A stretch of DNA of 64,000 nt from Takakia lepidozioides (lineage: Eukaryota > Plantae > Bryophyta), in NCBI GenBank assembly GCA_030704615.1, contig CM060733.1, positions 48,732,001-48,796,000 of the forward strand. Reading direction: 5' to 3'. Below are positions 1 to 10,168 of the stretch, one piece after another. Positions within the stretch are counted from its first letter, which is position 1, and each line of letters begins with the position of its first letter. A program made the position numbers and the translations under genes. The notes under the pieces are model-generated. The model was not told the origin of the DNA. It searched no databases and saw only the letters and a list, made by a program, of their open reading frames with translations.

Positions 1-854
1 CACGGACTTTGTCATCTCATCCTTCCGGTAAGCCTTCCGGATCTTCCTTTGGAACGTCGTCTCGCTCCTGTACAGCAACATGAGCTGCTGTTTTCTACTT
101 AAAGCATCGGCCACCACGTTGTCCCGTCCCGGTTTGTACTGGATATCCACGTCAAACATTGCCAAAGTGTCTTGCCACCTAAGTTGTTTTGGTGACAATT
201 TAGACTATGTGGCAAAATACTTCACCGTGACATTGTCCGTGAACACCTTCACTGGGTTGGAACCAACATAGTGGTGCCAAAGCTCAAGGCAATGTACCAC
301 CGCCTTCATTTCTTTCTCGTGCGTAGGCCATCGTCGCTCCACTTCATTCAGTTTCTTACTTTCGTAAGTCACTGGACGTCCATACTGCATGAGCACACCC
401 CCAATTGCGAAGTCCAACACATCTGTGTGAATCTCAAATGGACGGTCCAACTCCGGGATTTTCAGGACTGGAGCTTCCGCCATCCGCTGCTTCAATTCGG
501 CAAAAGCTTGGCCACAAAAGGTGTTCCATACCCATATCTTGGACTTACACAGAAGGTCTGACAGTGGCCCCGCGATCTTGGCGAAATTTCTCACATACTT
601 TCGATAATAGGAGACAAGTCTTAAGAAGGATCGCACTCCCGGGACCGAAGTCGGAGGCTCCAAGTCCAAAATCGCCCTCACATTTCTGTCATCCATTTTG
701 ATCCCATCCTGTGTAATCACATGCCCTAGGAACTCCACTTTTGTGACCCCGAATTCGCACTTTGAAGCTTTGACATACAGTTTCCCTTCCCGCAATTTTA
801 GGAACACCCTTTTGAGGTGCTTCAGGTGTTTTTTTCGAGTACACCAAGATGTCG
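1..854 (-). mobile_element. Older Ty3/Gypsy copy (host of the nested insertion): RT C-terminal part and RNase H, running off the window start
   Basis: ORF 205..864 ([45 protein letters not shown]) is nearly collinear with 3880-4735. RNase H DAS has decayed to DVL. Ends exactly at TSD TGTCG (850-854). Confidence 0.93.
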
Positions 855-1580
855 TGTTGCGCACCTCACCTCGGTAAGCTCCCCCCTCAAGTCATAGTTA
901 CTCGCTTTGATGCGCGCGCCTGACTCCCAACCGGCCGCCGGGCCAACTTGGAGCTTCGGCTGCTCACCGGGACATAACGGTCCCCCTTCGCTCTCCCGAA
1001 AGACCCTCCACCTATTTGGGCCTAGTGGAATTCCCTTTGGTAGATGGCAGTCCGGAACAGCTCCCCACTCTTTGGTCGCTTTCCGGCTCGCTCACTTACT
1101 CACTAGTTTTTGGTCACCAACGGGCTTGCACCGTTCTCGGGGTTACTACTCCCTATATATACTTCTGTAGCTGTCCGCGGGGGTTTCACAACCAGCCATG
1201 CCATTTTATGGCGAACCACCACGAAGACCCTCGATTCCCGGTGGTGAATCGCGGTGAGTCTTGGCCCGCTCACCACGGCCCCTATGGACCGTGATGAGTC
1301 CCAAGACTCCCCACGACTCCCACCACGAGGTCTCCGCCCCCATGGTGAGTCCTATGCCACCCCCACTAAGTCCCACTAAGCTACCACCACCCCTTGTGGA
1401 GCCACCCCCACCGCAACCCGGTGTGCGGGGCTCCACCTAGTGAGCGCCTCCGCTTCCCTGAGTGCCTTGGGCACTCAAGGGTGCTTCAGCCCCCCATACC
1501 TATCGCTGTCGCTGCCCCCACCACAGGGGCAGCCCCTCATGTGTCCCGACCCCCTGCCCTCAAGGCAAAGGGCCGCGACA
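855..1580 (-). repeat. 3' LTR
   Basis: TGTTGCGC...CCGCGACA. About 8 differences by eye from 7097-7821. TATA-like TATATATA near 1155-1162. Confidence 0.96.
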
Positions 1581-1614
1581 CACACCCCTACCAACAGAGA
1601 GTCGATGTCCTCGT

Positions 1615-2260
1615 CGACTTGTCCATTTTGTAGAAACGAACATCCAAGTTGTGGCGTCCCACATCAAGGAGTTTGTTTCTGTACCATGGCGTCCCATGGC
1701 AAAGAGCCAAACCCCACACTTGACTCTACTCTCCACTAGCTAGTTCGGCTGACTTCCTCCAAGTCCCGGCCAAGGGTGGAGCCTCTCCAGCTCCTCCTAG
1801 TGCACTCTTCTTGGCCTACTTCAAGGCCAAGGAACGATCCTCCCCGAGGATCGAATCGCCTTACTGCAACAACATTGTTTGCGATCGCTCATGATGCCGC
1901 TTTTGGCATCACCTTGAGCAAGGGTTCACTTGGAATCCTCTTTGACTAGGAAAATAACCTTGAACCAACCGTGCGCCCCAATCACTACAATTGGGTCCGC
2001 CTTGGAATGCTGGCCTGAGGTACGGGAACACGCCGAAGCCGCACTACGACTTCGTCCCGAGGCTACACGATTATAGTACGTAAACGGAAGCACGTAGCTT
2101 CCGCGTTAGCCCGCACTACAAGGCAACCCCCTCGGTAGCGCAGTTATAGTACGCGCACGCGCCAGGTGCGCACTAGCACGTGAACTCCCAAAGAAGGCGC
2201 AAGTTTCCTTGCCCCTTGGATGGGAGTCACCCGATTTCGGCACTGCGCAAACACACGATT
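1615..2260 (-). ncRNA. Putative highly structured RNA element in the retrotransposon 3' non-coding region
   Basis: More than ten stem-loops read by eye on the element's sense strand, e.g. GCAAG-GAAA-CTTGC, GC-TTCG-GC, CGATCCTC-GGG-GAGGATCG, CTTGGCCT-N6-AGGCCAAG, GCGGAAGC-N5-GCTTCCGT. No credible ORF. Confidence 0.6.
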
Positions 2261-2486
2261 AACCCAATTTACCTCTCCCACTTTTGTAAGCTAGCATGCA
2301 TTCTACACACTAGCCAACCACACCATGCATCACCATTCCAAACACAATAGGACTCACAATATTTGGAACCCATTTCCTTTATAACAAATTTTTGTACAAT
2401 ACAAGTTTTTGCAATCGGATTCCTGAGCTAGCTAAACCGGGCTAAGCATGCATTTCCTCCCCCACGCTCCAAGGTTGATGTCCCCA

Positions 2487-5400
2487 TCAACGTTTCTTCC
2501 GCTTTTGAGGTCGCCCTTCGAACGCTGCAACTGCCTCGGATGCGTTTCCCATTTCTGAGGCACGCACCCAAGATGCCTCCACATGATGATAGCCCTTCCA
2601 TTTGACGAGATACTCCGTTTCTCGGTTCTTGAACCTCCTCGACTTTAAGTATTGCCTCCACCTCGTACTCGGGTTCATTTTCATGATCCAACAGCATAGG
2701 TGGCGGACGCAACACTTGATGCCGATTCGGACGTGCTTCATCTTTGAAGTAAGGCTTCAAAAGGGAGACATGGAATACTGGGTGCACCTTGCTGTTTGCC
2801 GGCAGCTCCAATTCATACACATCCTCATTCATAACCTTCCGAATGCGAAAGGGGCCCGCATACGGAGGTACGAACTTCGGACTCACTTCCGGAGGTAGTC
2901 GAAAATTCTTGATGTTCAACCAGACCTCTGTGCCTGCCTCAAACTTCACTTCCCTCCGCTTCCGATTCGCCTGCCTTTCATACCGTTTCCTAGCTTTGGC
3001 AATGTTGTACTTTGCGAGCTTCAACAAACGCTCGCGTTCTTCCAGTACCGCCGCTACTGCCGGTTCCTCAACGTCCTGGGCGGCCCAACTTGTTGGCACC
3101 AGAGGTGCTTTTCCATAGACCAATACGAAAGGGGAAACTCCCGTTGCGGAGTGTTCTGTGTTATTATAACAGAACTCTGTCGCGTCTAAGTGTTCCACCC
3201 AGTCTGTTTGGTCTGCCGACACGTAATTCCGCAAGATCTGCTTCACTACGGAATTCACCCTTTCTGTTTGGCCGTCGGTCGTAGGTCGGAAGGCTGTGCT
3301 CATCTTCAGCCTCGTCCCCATCTTCTTCCAAAGTGCTCTCCAGAATTTACTCGTAAACTTTGGATCGCGGTCCGAGACAATATCCTTCGGGATTCCATGA
3401 TGCTTTAAGACGTGGGCGAAGTAAAGTCGTCATGTCTCCTACGCCGTTGCCGTCTCCTTGGTGGGGATGAAATGGCCCATTTTACTGAACCTATCTACCA
3501 CCACCATGATTGCATCGAATCCTTTTGACAGCGGCATAGCAGTCATGAAATCCATCGAGACGCTTTCCCAAGTCCCCTCTGGAATCGGCAAGGGTTGTAA
3601 CAGCCCCGCTTGCTTTTTGTACTCGCTCCGGTTTTGTTGGCATGTGGTGCATGTCTTGACATACTCCTCTGCCTCCTCCCTCAGTTTGGGCCAGAAATAC
3701 TCTTTCTTCAAGAGTGCCGCAGTGCGCTTGGCTCCGCCGTGGCCCGCAAGCGGGCTATCATGGCATTCTCTCAGGAGGCTATCTCTGATCCCTCCCTTCG
3801 ACACGTAGAGAAGTTTTTGCTTATACCGGAGCAGTCCATTTTGCAAGTGGAACTGCGATTTAACCCCCATTCTCAAGTCCTGCATTGCCAGCTCATCCTT
3901 CCGGCAAGCCTTCCGGATCTTCCTTTGGAGCGCCGTCTCGCCCTTGTACACCAACAAGAGCTGCTGTTTTCTACTTAAAGCATCGGCCACCACATTGTCT
4001 CGTCCCGGTTTGTACTGGATATCCACGTCGAACACTGCCAAAGTATCTTGCCACCTAAGTTGTTTTGGGGACAACTTGGGCTGCGTGGCAAAATACTTCA
4101 CCGTGACATTGTCCGTGAACACCTTCACTGGGTTGGAACCAACATAGTGGCGCCAGAGCTCAAGGCAATGCACCACCGCCTTCATCTCTTTTCGTGCGTC
4201 GGCCACCGTTGCTCCACTTCATTCAGTTTTTTACTTTCGTAAGCCACTGGACGTCCATCTTGCATAAGTACACCCCCAATCGCGAAGTCCGATGCATCTG
4301 TATGAATCTCAAACGGACGATCGAACTCCGAGATTTTCAAGACTGGAGCTTCCGACATCCGCTGCTTCAATTCAGCAAAAGCTTGGCCACAAAATGTGTT
4401 CCATACCCAGACTTTGGATTTACACAGAAGGTCCGACAGCGGCCCCGCGATCTTGGCGAAATTTCTCACATACTTCCGGTAATAGGAGGCGAGTCCTAGG
4501 AAGGATCGCACTCCCGGGACCGAAGTCGGAGGCTCCCAGTCCAAGATCGCCCTCACCTTTCTGTCATCCATTTTGATCCCATCCTGTGTAATCACATGCC
4601 CCAGGAACTCCACTTTTGTGACCCCGAATTCGCACTTTGAAGCTTTGGCATACAGCTTCCCTTCCCGCAATTTTTGGAACACCCTTTTGAGGTGCTCCAG
4701 GTGCTCCTCCTTTGTTTTCGAGTACACCAAGATGTCGTCGATGTACACGATCACAAAGTCATCCAACCACTCCTGGAAAAGGCTGTTCATCAGCGTGCTA
4801 AATGTCGCTGGTGCATTGGTGAGCCCAAAAGGCATCACCAAGAACTCATATGAACCATACCTTGTCCTGCATGCGGTCTTCTCCTCATCTCCTTCCGCCA
4901 CCCGAATTTGGTGATAGCCGGAGCGCAAGTCGATCCGGCTGAAATACTTCGCTCCTGCCAACCGATCGAAGAGGTCGTCGATCCTTGGCAAAGGTACCGG
5001 TTTTTGATAGTCACCTTATTCAGAGCCTTGTAATCGACACACATCCGCAGCGTCCCATCCTTCTTGTCTGCAAATAGCACCGGGGCTCCGTAAGGTGACT
5101 TACTCAGCCGGATGTACCCCTTTGACATTAGATCCTTGAGCTGAGTCTTCAGCTCGACCAACTCTCTGTGGCTCAACCGGTAGGGCGCCTTGGCAGGCGG
5201 TTCCGATCCCGGTATCACCTCAATCTTGTGGTCAACTCCTCTTCGCGGTGGCAAGCCGCTTGGTAAATCCTCTGGCATCACATCCTGGTATTTCTCCAAA
5301 ATCCCCTTGATCCAATCTGGGCTCGGCTCCCCATCGCCTTCTCCTTTCACTTCTCTAATGTAAAGCAAAAACTGGGGCTCGTGTGCCTCCTCCACGGCCC

Positions 5401-6998
5401 ACTCCTTTGCTGACAGAAGGTTTATTCGCCCTCCCACGGATTTGGGCGTTTCTGACACTCGTAAAACCTCGCCACCATTCCCACATGGCAGCGTGACTAC
5501 TCTCTTGCGGCCATCTATGACCGCTCCGGATTTGCTCAAAAAGGTCATCCCCAAAATGAGATCCACTCCATCGATCTCGCAGATGGTGAAGTTCTCACGT
5601 CCCTCCCAACTCCCCAGTTGAAGAGGAACATCAATCGCCAACCTTGTCGCCAACTGTGGTTCTCCTTTGGCAGAACGCACCTCAATAGAGGCCCCCACGT
5701 CACTTGTCGGGAGTCCCAGCTTTTGTGTCGTTGCCGGTGTCATGAAGGAGTGCGACGCTCCTGTGTCCACCAACAACGACACATTAGTTCCGGATATTAT
5801 CCCATCCACGAACAATAACTGACTCCCTTTTCGTAAGGCGCCAGTTTCCTGATACAACTCACAAGAAAATTTGCCTACCTTGCAAGTCCTGGCGACCACC
5901 ACTTCCACCAAGCGACTGACGGTATCTTCCGACAGCTCCGTGGTCGCCCGAGTCATGTTCAATTTCCGGGGCTTCGTGCACTTCTTGGCCATGTGCCCGG
6001 GCTCCCCGCAATTGAAACATACTCCATCAAAGGTCGCCTTCTGTCCGCCATAAGCCGCTCCACCCACTTTTCCTTTCGAAGCACCGGGTGCCGCCTTGAC
6101 GTGTGAAGGCCCTCCCTTCGATTTCCACGTGCTATTTTCGCCGCGTGGCCTATCCCACTTCTTTTCCGGTCGGAAGGAGTCACCTTCCCGCCGAATCTTC
6201 TTGTGGTTCAGCTCCGTACGACCTTGTCTTTCACCCCTAGGAACATCTGAGAAACATTCAGCCCTCTCAATAGCCTCGTTCAAAGTCTTGGGTGGCTTCT
6301 CCTCCAACTTCCGCCTGGCCCATGGGGCCAGTCCCGCCACAAAGTTGAAGACCATTTTTGGTTCTGCCATGTCCGCGACTTCGAGCAACAGCACATTGAA
6401 AGCCTGGACATATCCCCGAATGTCATCTGTTTGCTTCAAATTCCTCATCTTGTCCCGGGCGAGCCAGGACGCGTTGAGGGGGCACAAACTGTCTCTTCAT
6501 CGAATCCTTGAACCCACTCCAGTTCAAGGTTTCCGGGCTTGGACCTCGGTCGTGAAGGCGTTTCTGCCACCATTGTTGAGCATAGCCCCTCAAATAGGTG
6601 GGAGCCACTTCCACCCGATCCTCGTCACTCAACTTGGCCGCCCGGAAGCACTGCTCTAGCTCCAAGAGCCAGGTGTTGAGTGCCTTCCGATTTCGGACGC
6701 CCTCGAAGGTGTCAGGTTCCTTAGGCTTCACCTTAAACTTTGCCTTAGCGGAAGTGGCATTAGCCGCCTTCAACACGTCTTTCAACGTCCCGCCAAACTG
6801 CGCCAACAACCCTTCCCAAAAGGCTGCCGGCATGGGAGGCATCTCTTGGTTTGTCGGGGCTCTCAAGGATTCCTCGGGCTCCGACTCCTCGGATTCCTCC
6901 CGCTCTTGGGCGGCCTCGTTTTCGGAAACATGCATCGCTTCCTCAAACGGCCGCCTCGTGTGACACGCCGCCCCCATCGGGCTCACCGGGATCATCAT
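2487..6998 (-). pseudogene. Gag-Pol polyprotein (gag, CCHC knuckle, aspartic protease, RT, RNase H, integrase, GPY/F, chromodomain) with frameshifts and a stop
   Basis: Motifs: [54 protein letters not shown]...CTTC, SMDF, GQTERVN, AGPFRI, EYEVEAILK..EYLVKWKGY..ASW. Frame breaks near 6480, 4995, 4190 and 2640; in-frame TAG at 3439. Confidence 0.93.
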
Positions 6999-7082
6999 GT
7001 TTTGGGCCGTTCCGCTTTCGCTTCGGCTTGCCCGACCCCATGATGAGGCCAATCCCAAGGACGATCGTGTACTGAACTCTAA

Positions 7083-7094
7083 GCTCTGATACCA
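7083..7094 (-). promoter_or_regulatory. Primer-binding site complementary to initiator tRNA-Met 3' end
   Basis: Minus strand reads TGGTATCAGAGC, 2 nt inside the 5' LTR. Confidence 0.95.
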
Positions 7095-7096
7095 AG

Positions 7097-7821
7097 TGTC
7101 GCGCACCTCACTTCGGTAAGCTTCCCCCTCAAGTCATAGTTACTCGCTTTGATGCGCGCGCCTGACTCCCAACCGGCCGCCGGACCAACTTGGAGCTTCG
7201 GCTGCTCACCGGGACATAACGGTCCCCCTTTGCTCTCCCGAAAGACCCTCCACCTATTTGGGCCTAGTGGAATTCCCTTTGGTAGATGGCAGTCCGGAAC
7301 AGCTCCCCACTCTTTGGTCGCTTTCCGGCTCGCTCGCTTACTCACTAGTTTTTGGTCACCAACGGGCTTGCACCGTTCTCGGGGTTACTACTCCCTATAT
7401 ATACTTCTGTAGCTGTCCGCGGGGGTTTCACAACCAGCCATGCCATTTTATGGCGAACCACCACGAAGACCCTCGATTCCCGGTGGTGAATCGCGGTGAG
7501 TCTTGGCCCGCTCACCACGGCCCCTATGGACCGTGATGAGTCCCAAGACTCCCCACGACTCCCACCACGAGGTCTCCGCCCCCATGGTGAGTCCTATGCC
7601 ACCCCCACTAAGTCCCACTAAGCTACCACCACCCCTTGTGGAGCCACCCCCACCGCAACCCGGTGTTCGGGGCTCCACCTAGTGAGCGCCTCCGCTTCCC
7701 TGAGTGCCTTGGGCACTCAAGGGTGCTTCAGCCCCCCATACCTATCGCTGCGCTGCCCCCACCACAGGGGCAGCCCCTCATGTGTCCCGACCCCCTGCCC
7801 TCAAGGCAAAGGGCCGCGACA
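7097..7821 (-). repeat. 5' LTR
   Basis: TGTCGCG...CGCGACA terminal inverted repeat. Followed on the minus strand, after 2 nt, by the PBS. Confidence 0.96.
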
Positions 7822-8905
7822 TGTCGTCGATATACACGATCACAAAGTCATCCAACCACTCATGGAAATGGCTATTCATTAGCGTGCTAAAGGTCGCAGG
7901 TGCGTTGGTGAGCCGAAAAGGCATCACCAAGAACTCATATGAACCATATATTGTCCTGCACGCGGTCTTCTCCTCCTCTCTTTCCGCAACTCGGATTTGA
8001 TGGTAATCTGAGCGCAAATCGATCCGGCTGAAATACTTTGTTCCTGCCACCCGATCGAAGAGGTTGTCGATCCTTGGCAAATGGTACCGGTTTTTTATAG
8101 TCGCCGTATTCAGAGCCCTTTAATCGACACACATCTGCAGCGTCCCGTCCTTCTTGTCTGCGAATAGCACCGGGGCTCTGTAAGGTGACTTACTCGGCCA
8201 GATGTACCCCTTGACATTAGATCCTTGAGCTGGGCCTTCAGCTCAACCAACTTTCTGCGGCTCAACCGGTAGGGCGCCTTGGTAGGCGGCTCCGATCACG
8301 GTATCACCTCTATCTTGTAATCAACTCCTCTTCGCGGTGGCAAGCCGCTTGGTAAATCCTCCGGCATCACATCCTGGTATTTCTCCAGGATCCCCTTTAT
8401 CCAATCTGGGCTCGGCTCCCTATCGACTTCTCCTTCCACTTGTCTTACGTAAAGCAAAAACTGGGGTTCGTGTGGCTCCTCCATGGCCCACTCCTTTGCT
8501 GTCAGCAGGTTTATTCGCCCTCCCACTTGGTTGGGCGTTTCCGACATCCATAAAACTTCGCCACCATCCCCACACGATAGCGTGACTACTCTCTTACGGC
8601 CATCTATGACTGCTCCGGATTTGCTCAAAAAGGTCATTCCCAAAATGAGATCCACTCCATCGATCTCGCAAATGGTGAAGTTATCATGTCCGTCCCAACT
8701 CCCCAGCTGAAGAGGAACATCGAACGCCAACCTTGTCGCCAGTTGTGGTTCTCCTTTGGCAAAACGCACTTCAATAGGTGCCCCCACATCACTTGTCGGG
8801 AGCTCCAGCTTCCATGCCATTGCCGGTGTCATGAAGGAGTGCGACGCTCCTGTGTCCACCAACAACGATACGTTAGTTCCGGAATTATCCTACTCACGAA
8901 CATTA
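7822..8905 (-). mobile_element. Older Ty3/Gypsy host copy: protease and RT N-terminal part
   Basis: Resumes the RT exactly after the TSD (IVYIDD). ORFs 7778..8080 and 8296..8865 match 4735-5815 with many substitutions. Confidence 0.93.
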
Positions 8906-9184
8906 ACTGACTCCATTGAGGAAGAGGATGATCAAGCTGCTCCTGTGACGCCATAGAGGTGATCACGGATTTTTTGAAGGTCCCCTCTGTGGTTCTTCTC
9001 TTCAATTTCAGCTTCCAGGATGGCCTCCAGAAATTGAGAAACCATTGATGAACATTTCCATATACAAGGGTTTGAGTTTCACTGCTCTCCCTTGGTTCTG
9101 AGAGGACACTTTTCTTAACCCAAATTGATCCCTGTGGTGGTTGGGAGGCATAGATGTCAGCTTCATCCATTAAGACGGAAACTT

Positions 9185-10168
9185 CATGCTTCCGAAAGCA
9201 AGGCCGCTCAAGAACGGGAGAAATTTTGGGAGTCGGAGCCCGAGGACTTCCCAGAGGCTCCGCCAAACCAACAGAGCCTTCCATGCCAACAGCCTTTTGG
9301 GAAGGGTTGTTGGCGCAGTTTGGCGGGACGTTGAAAGACGTGTTGAGGGCGGCTAATGCCATTTCCATTAAGGCAAAGTTTAAGGTGAAGCCTAAGGAAC
9401 CCGGCACCTTCGAGGGCGTCCAAAATCGGAAGACATTCAACATCTGGCTCATGGAGCTAGAGCAGTACTTCCGGGCGGCCAAATTGAGTGACGAGGATCG
9501 GGTGGAATTGACTCCCACCTATTTGAGGGGGCTATGCTCAACAATGGTGGCAGAAACGCCTTCATGACCAAGGTCCAAACCCAGAAACCTTGAGCTGGAG
9601 TGGGTTCAAGAAACTTATGAAAAGATAGTTTGTGCCTCTCAACGCGTCATGAAATGGGCTTCAATTTCGTGGCGGGATTGGCCCCATGGGCCAGGCGGAA
9701 GTTGGAGGAGAAGCCACCTAAGACTTTAAACGAGGCAATTGAAAGGGCTGAATGCTTCTCGGATGTTCCTAGGGGCGAAAGACAAGGCCGTACGGAGCTA
9801 AACCACAAGAAGACCCGGCGAGAGGGTGACTCCTTCCGACCAGAAAAGAAGTGGGATAGGCCACGCGGCGACAATGGCACATGGAAATTGAAGGGAGGGC
9901 TTTCACACGTCAAGACGGCACCCGGTGCTCCGAAAGGAAAATCAGGTGCGGCGGCTTATGGCGGACAGAAGACGACCTTCGATGGAATGTGCTTTAATTG
10001 CGGGGAGCTCGGGCACATGGCCAAGAAGTGCGCAAAACCCCGACAATTGAACATGACTCAGGCGACCACGGAGCTCTCCAAAAATTCCATCGGCCGCTTG
10101 GTAAAAGCGGTGGTTGCCAAGATTTGCAAGGTAGGCAACTACTCTTGTGACTTGTATCACGAAACTGG
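9185..10168 (+). mobile_element. Inverted gag segment of the older Gypsy copy, with an internal deletion
   Basis: ORFs 9154..9567 and 9630..10457 ([40 protein letters not shown]) match 5840-6930 on the opposite strand. About 110 bp are missing near 9650. Confidence 0.9.

Larger units (their letters stand above)
855..7821 (-). mobile_element. Full-length Ty3/Gypsy LTR retrotransposon (chromovirus), recently inserted, coding region disrupted
   Basis: Two ~725-bp LTRs with TG...CA ends, 5-bp TSD TGTCG at 850-854 and 7822-7826, tRNA-Met PBS, and domain order gag-PR-RT-RH-INT-chromodomain. Confidence 0.97.

Noticed and set aside
1285-1320. Hammerhead ribozyme (retrozyme-like) in the LTR at GTGATGAGTCCCAAGACTC
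   Set aside because: The core should be CTGANGA...GAAA. Both the leading C and the GAAA are missing, and no complete core was seen in the 3' structured block either.
2170-2195. HDV/CPEB3-like ribozyme suggested by minus-strand TTCACGT
   Set aside because: The flanking bases do not form the P3 helix, and I could not build P1/P2.
6423-6487. Programmed gag/pol frameshift
   Set aside because: The break is inside gag and the older copy lacks the extra base, so it is a mutation or sequencing error.
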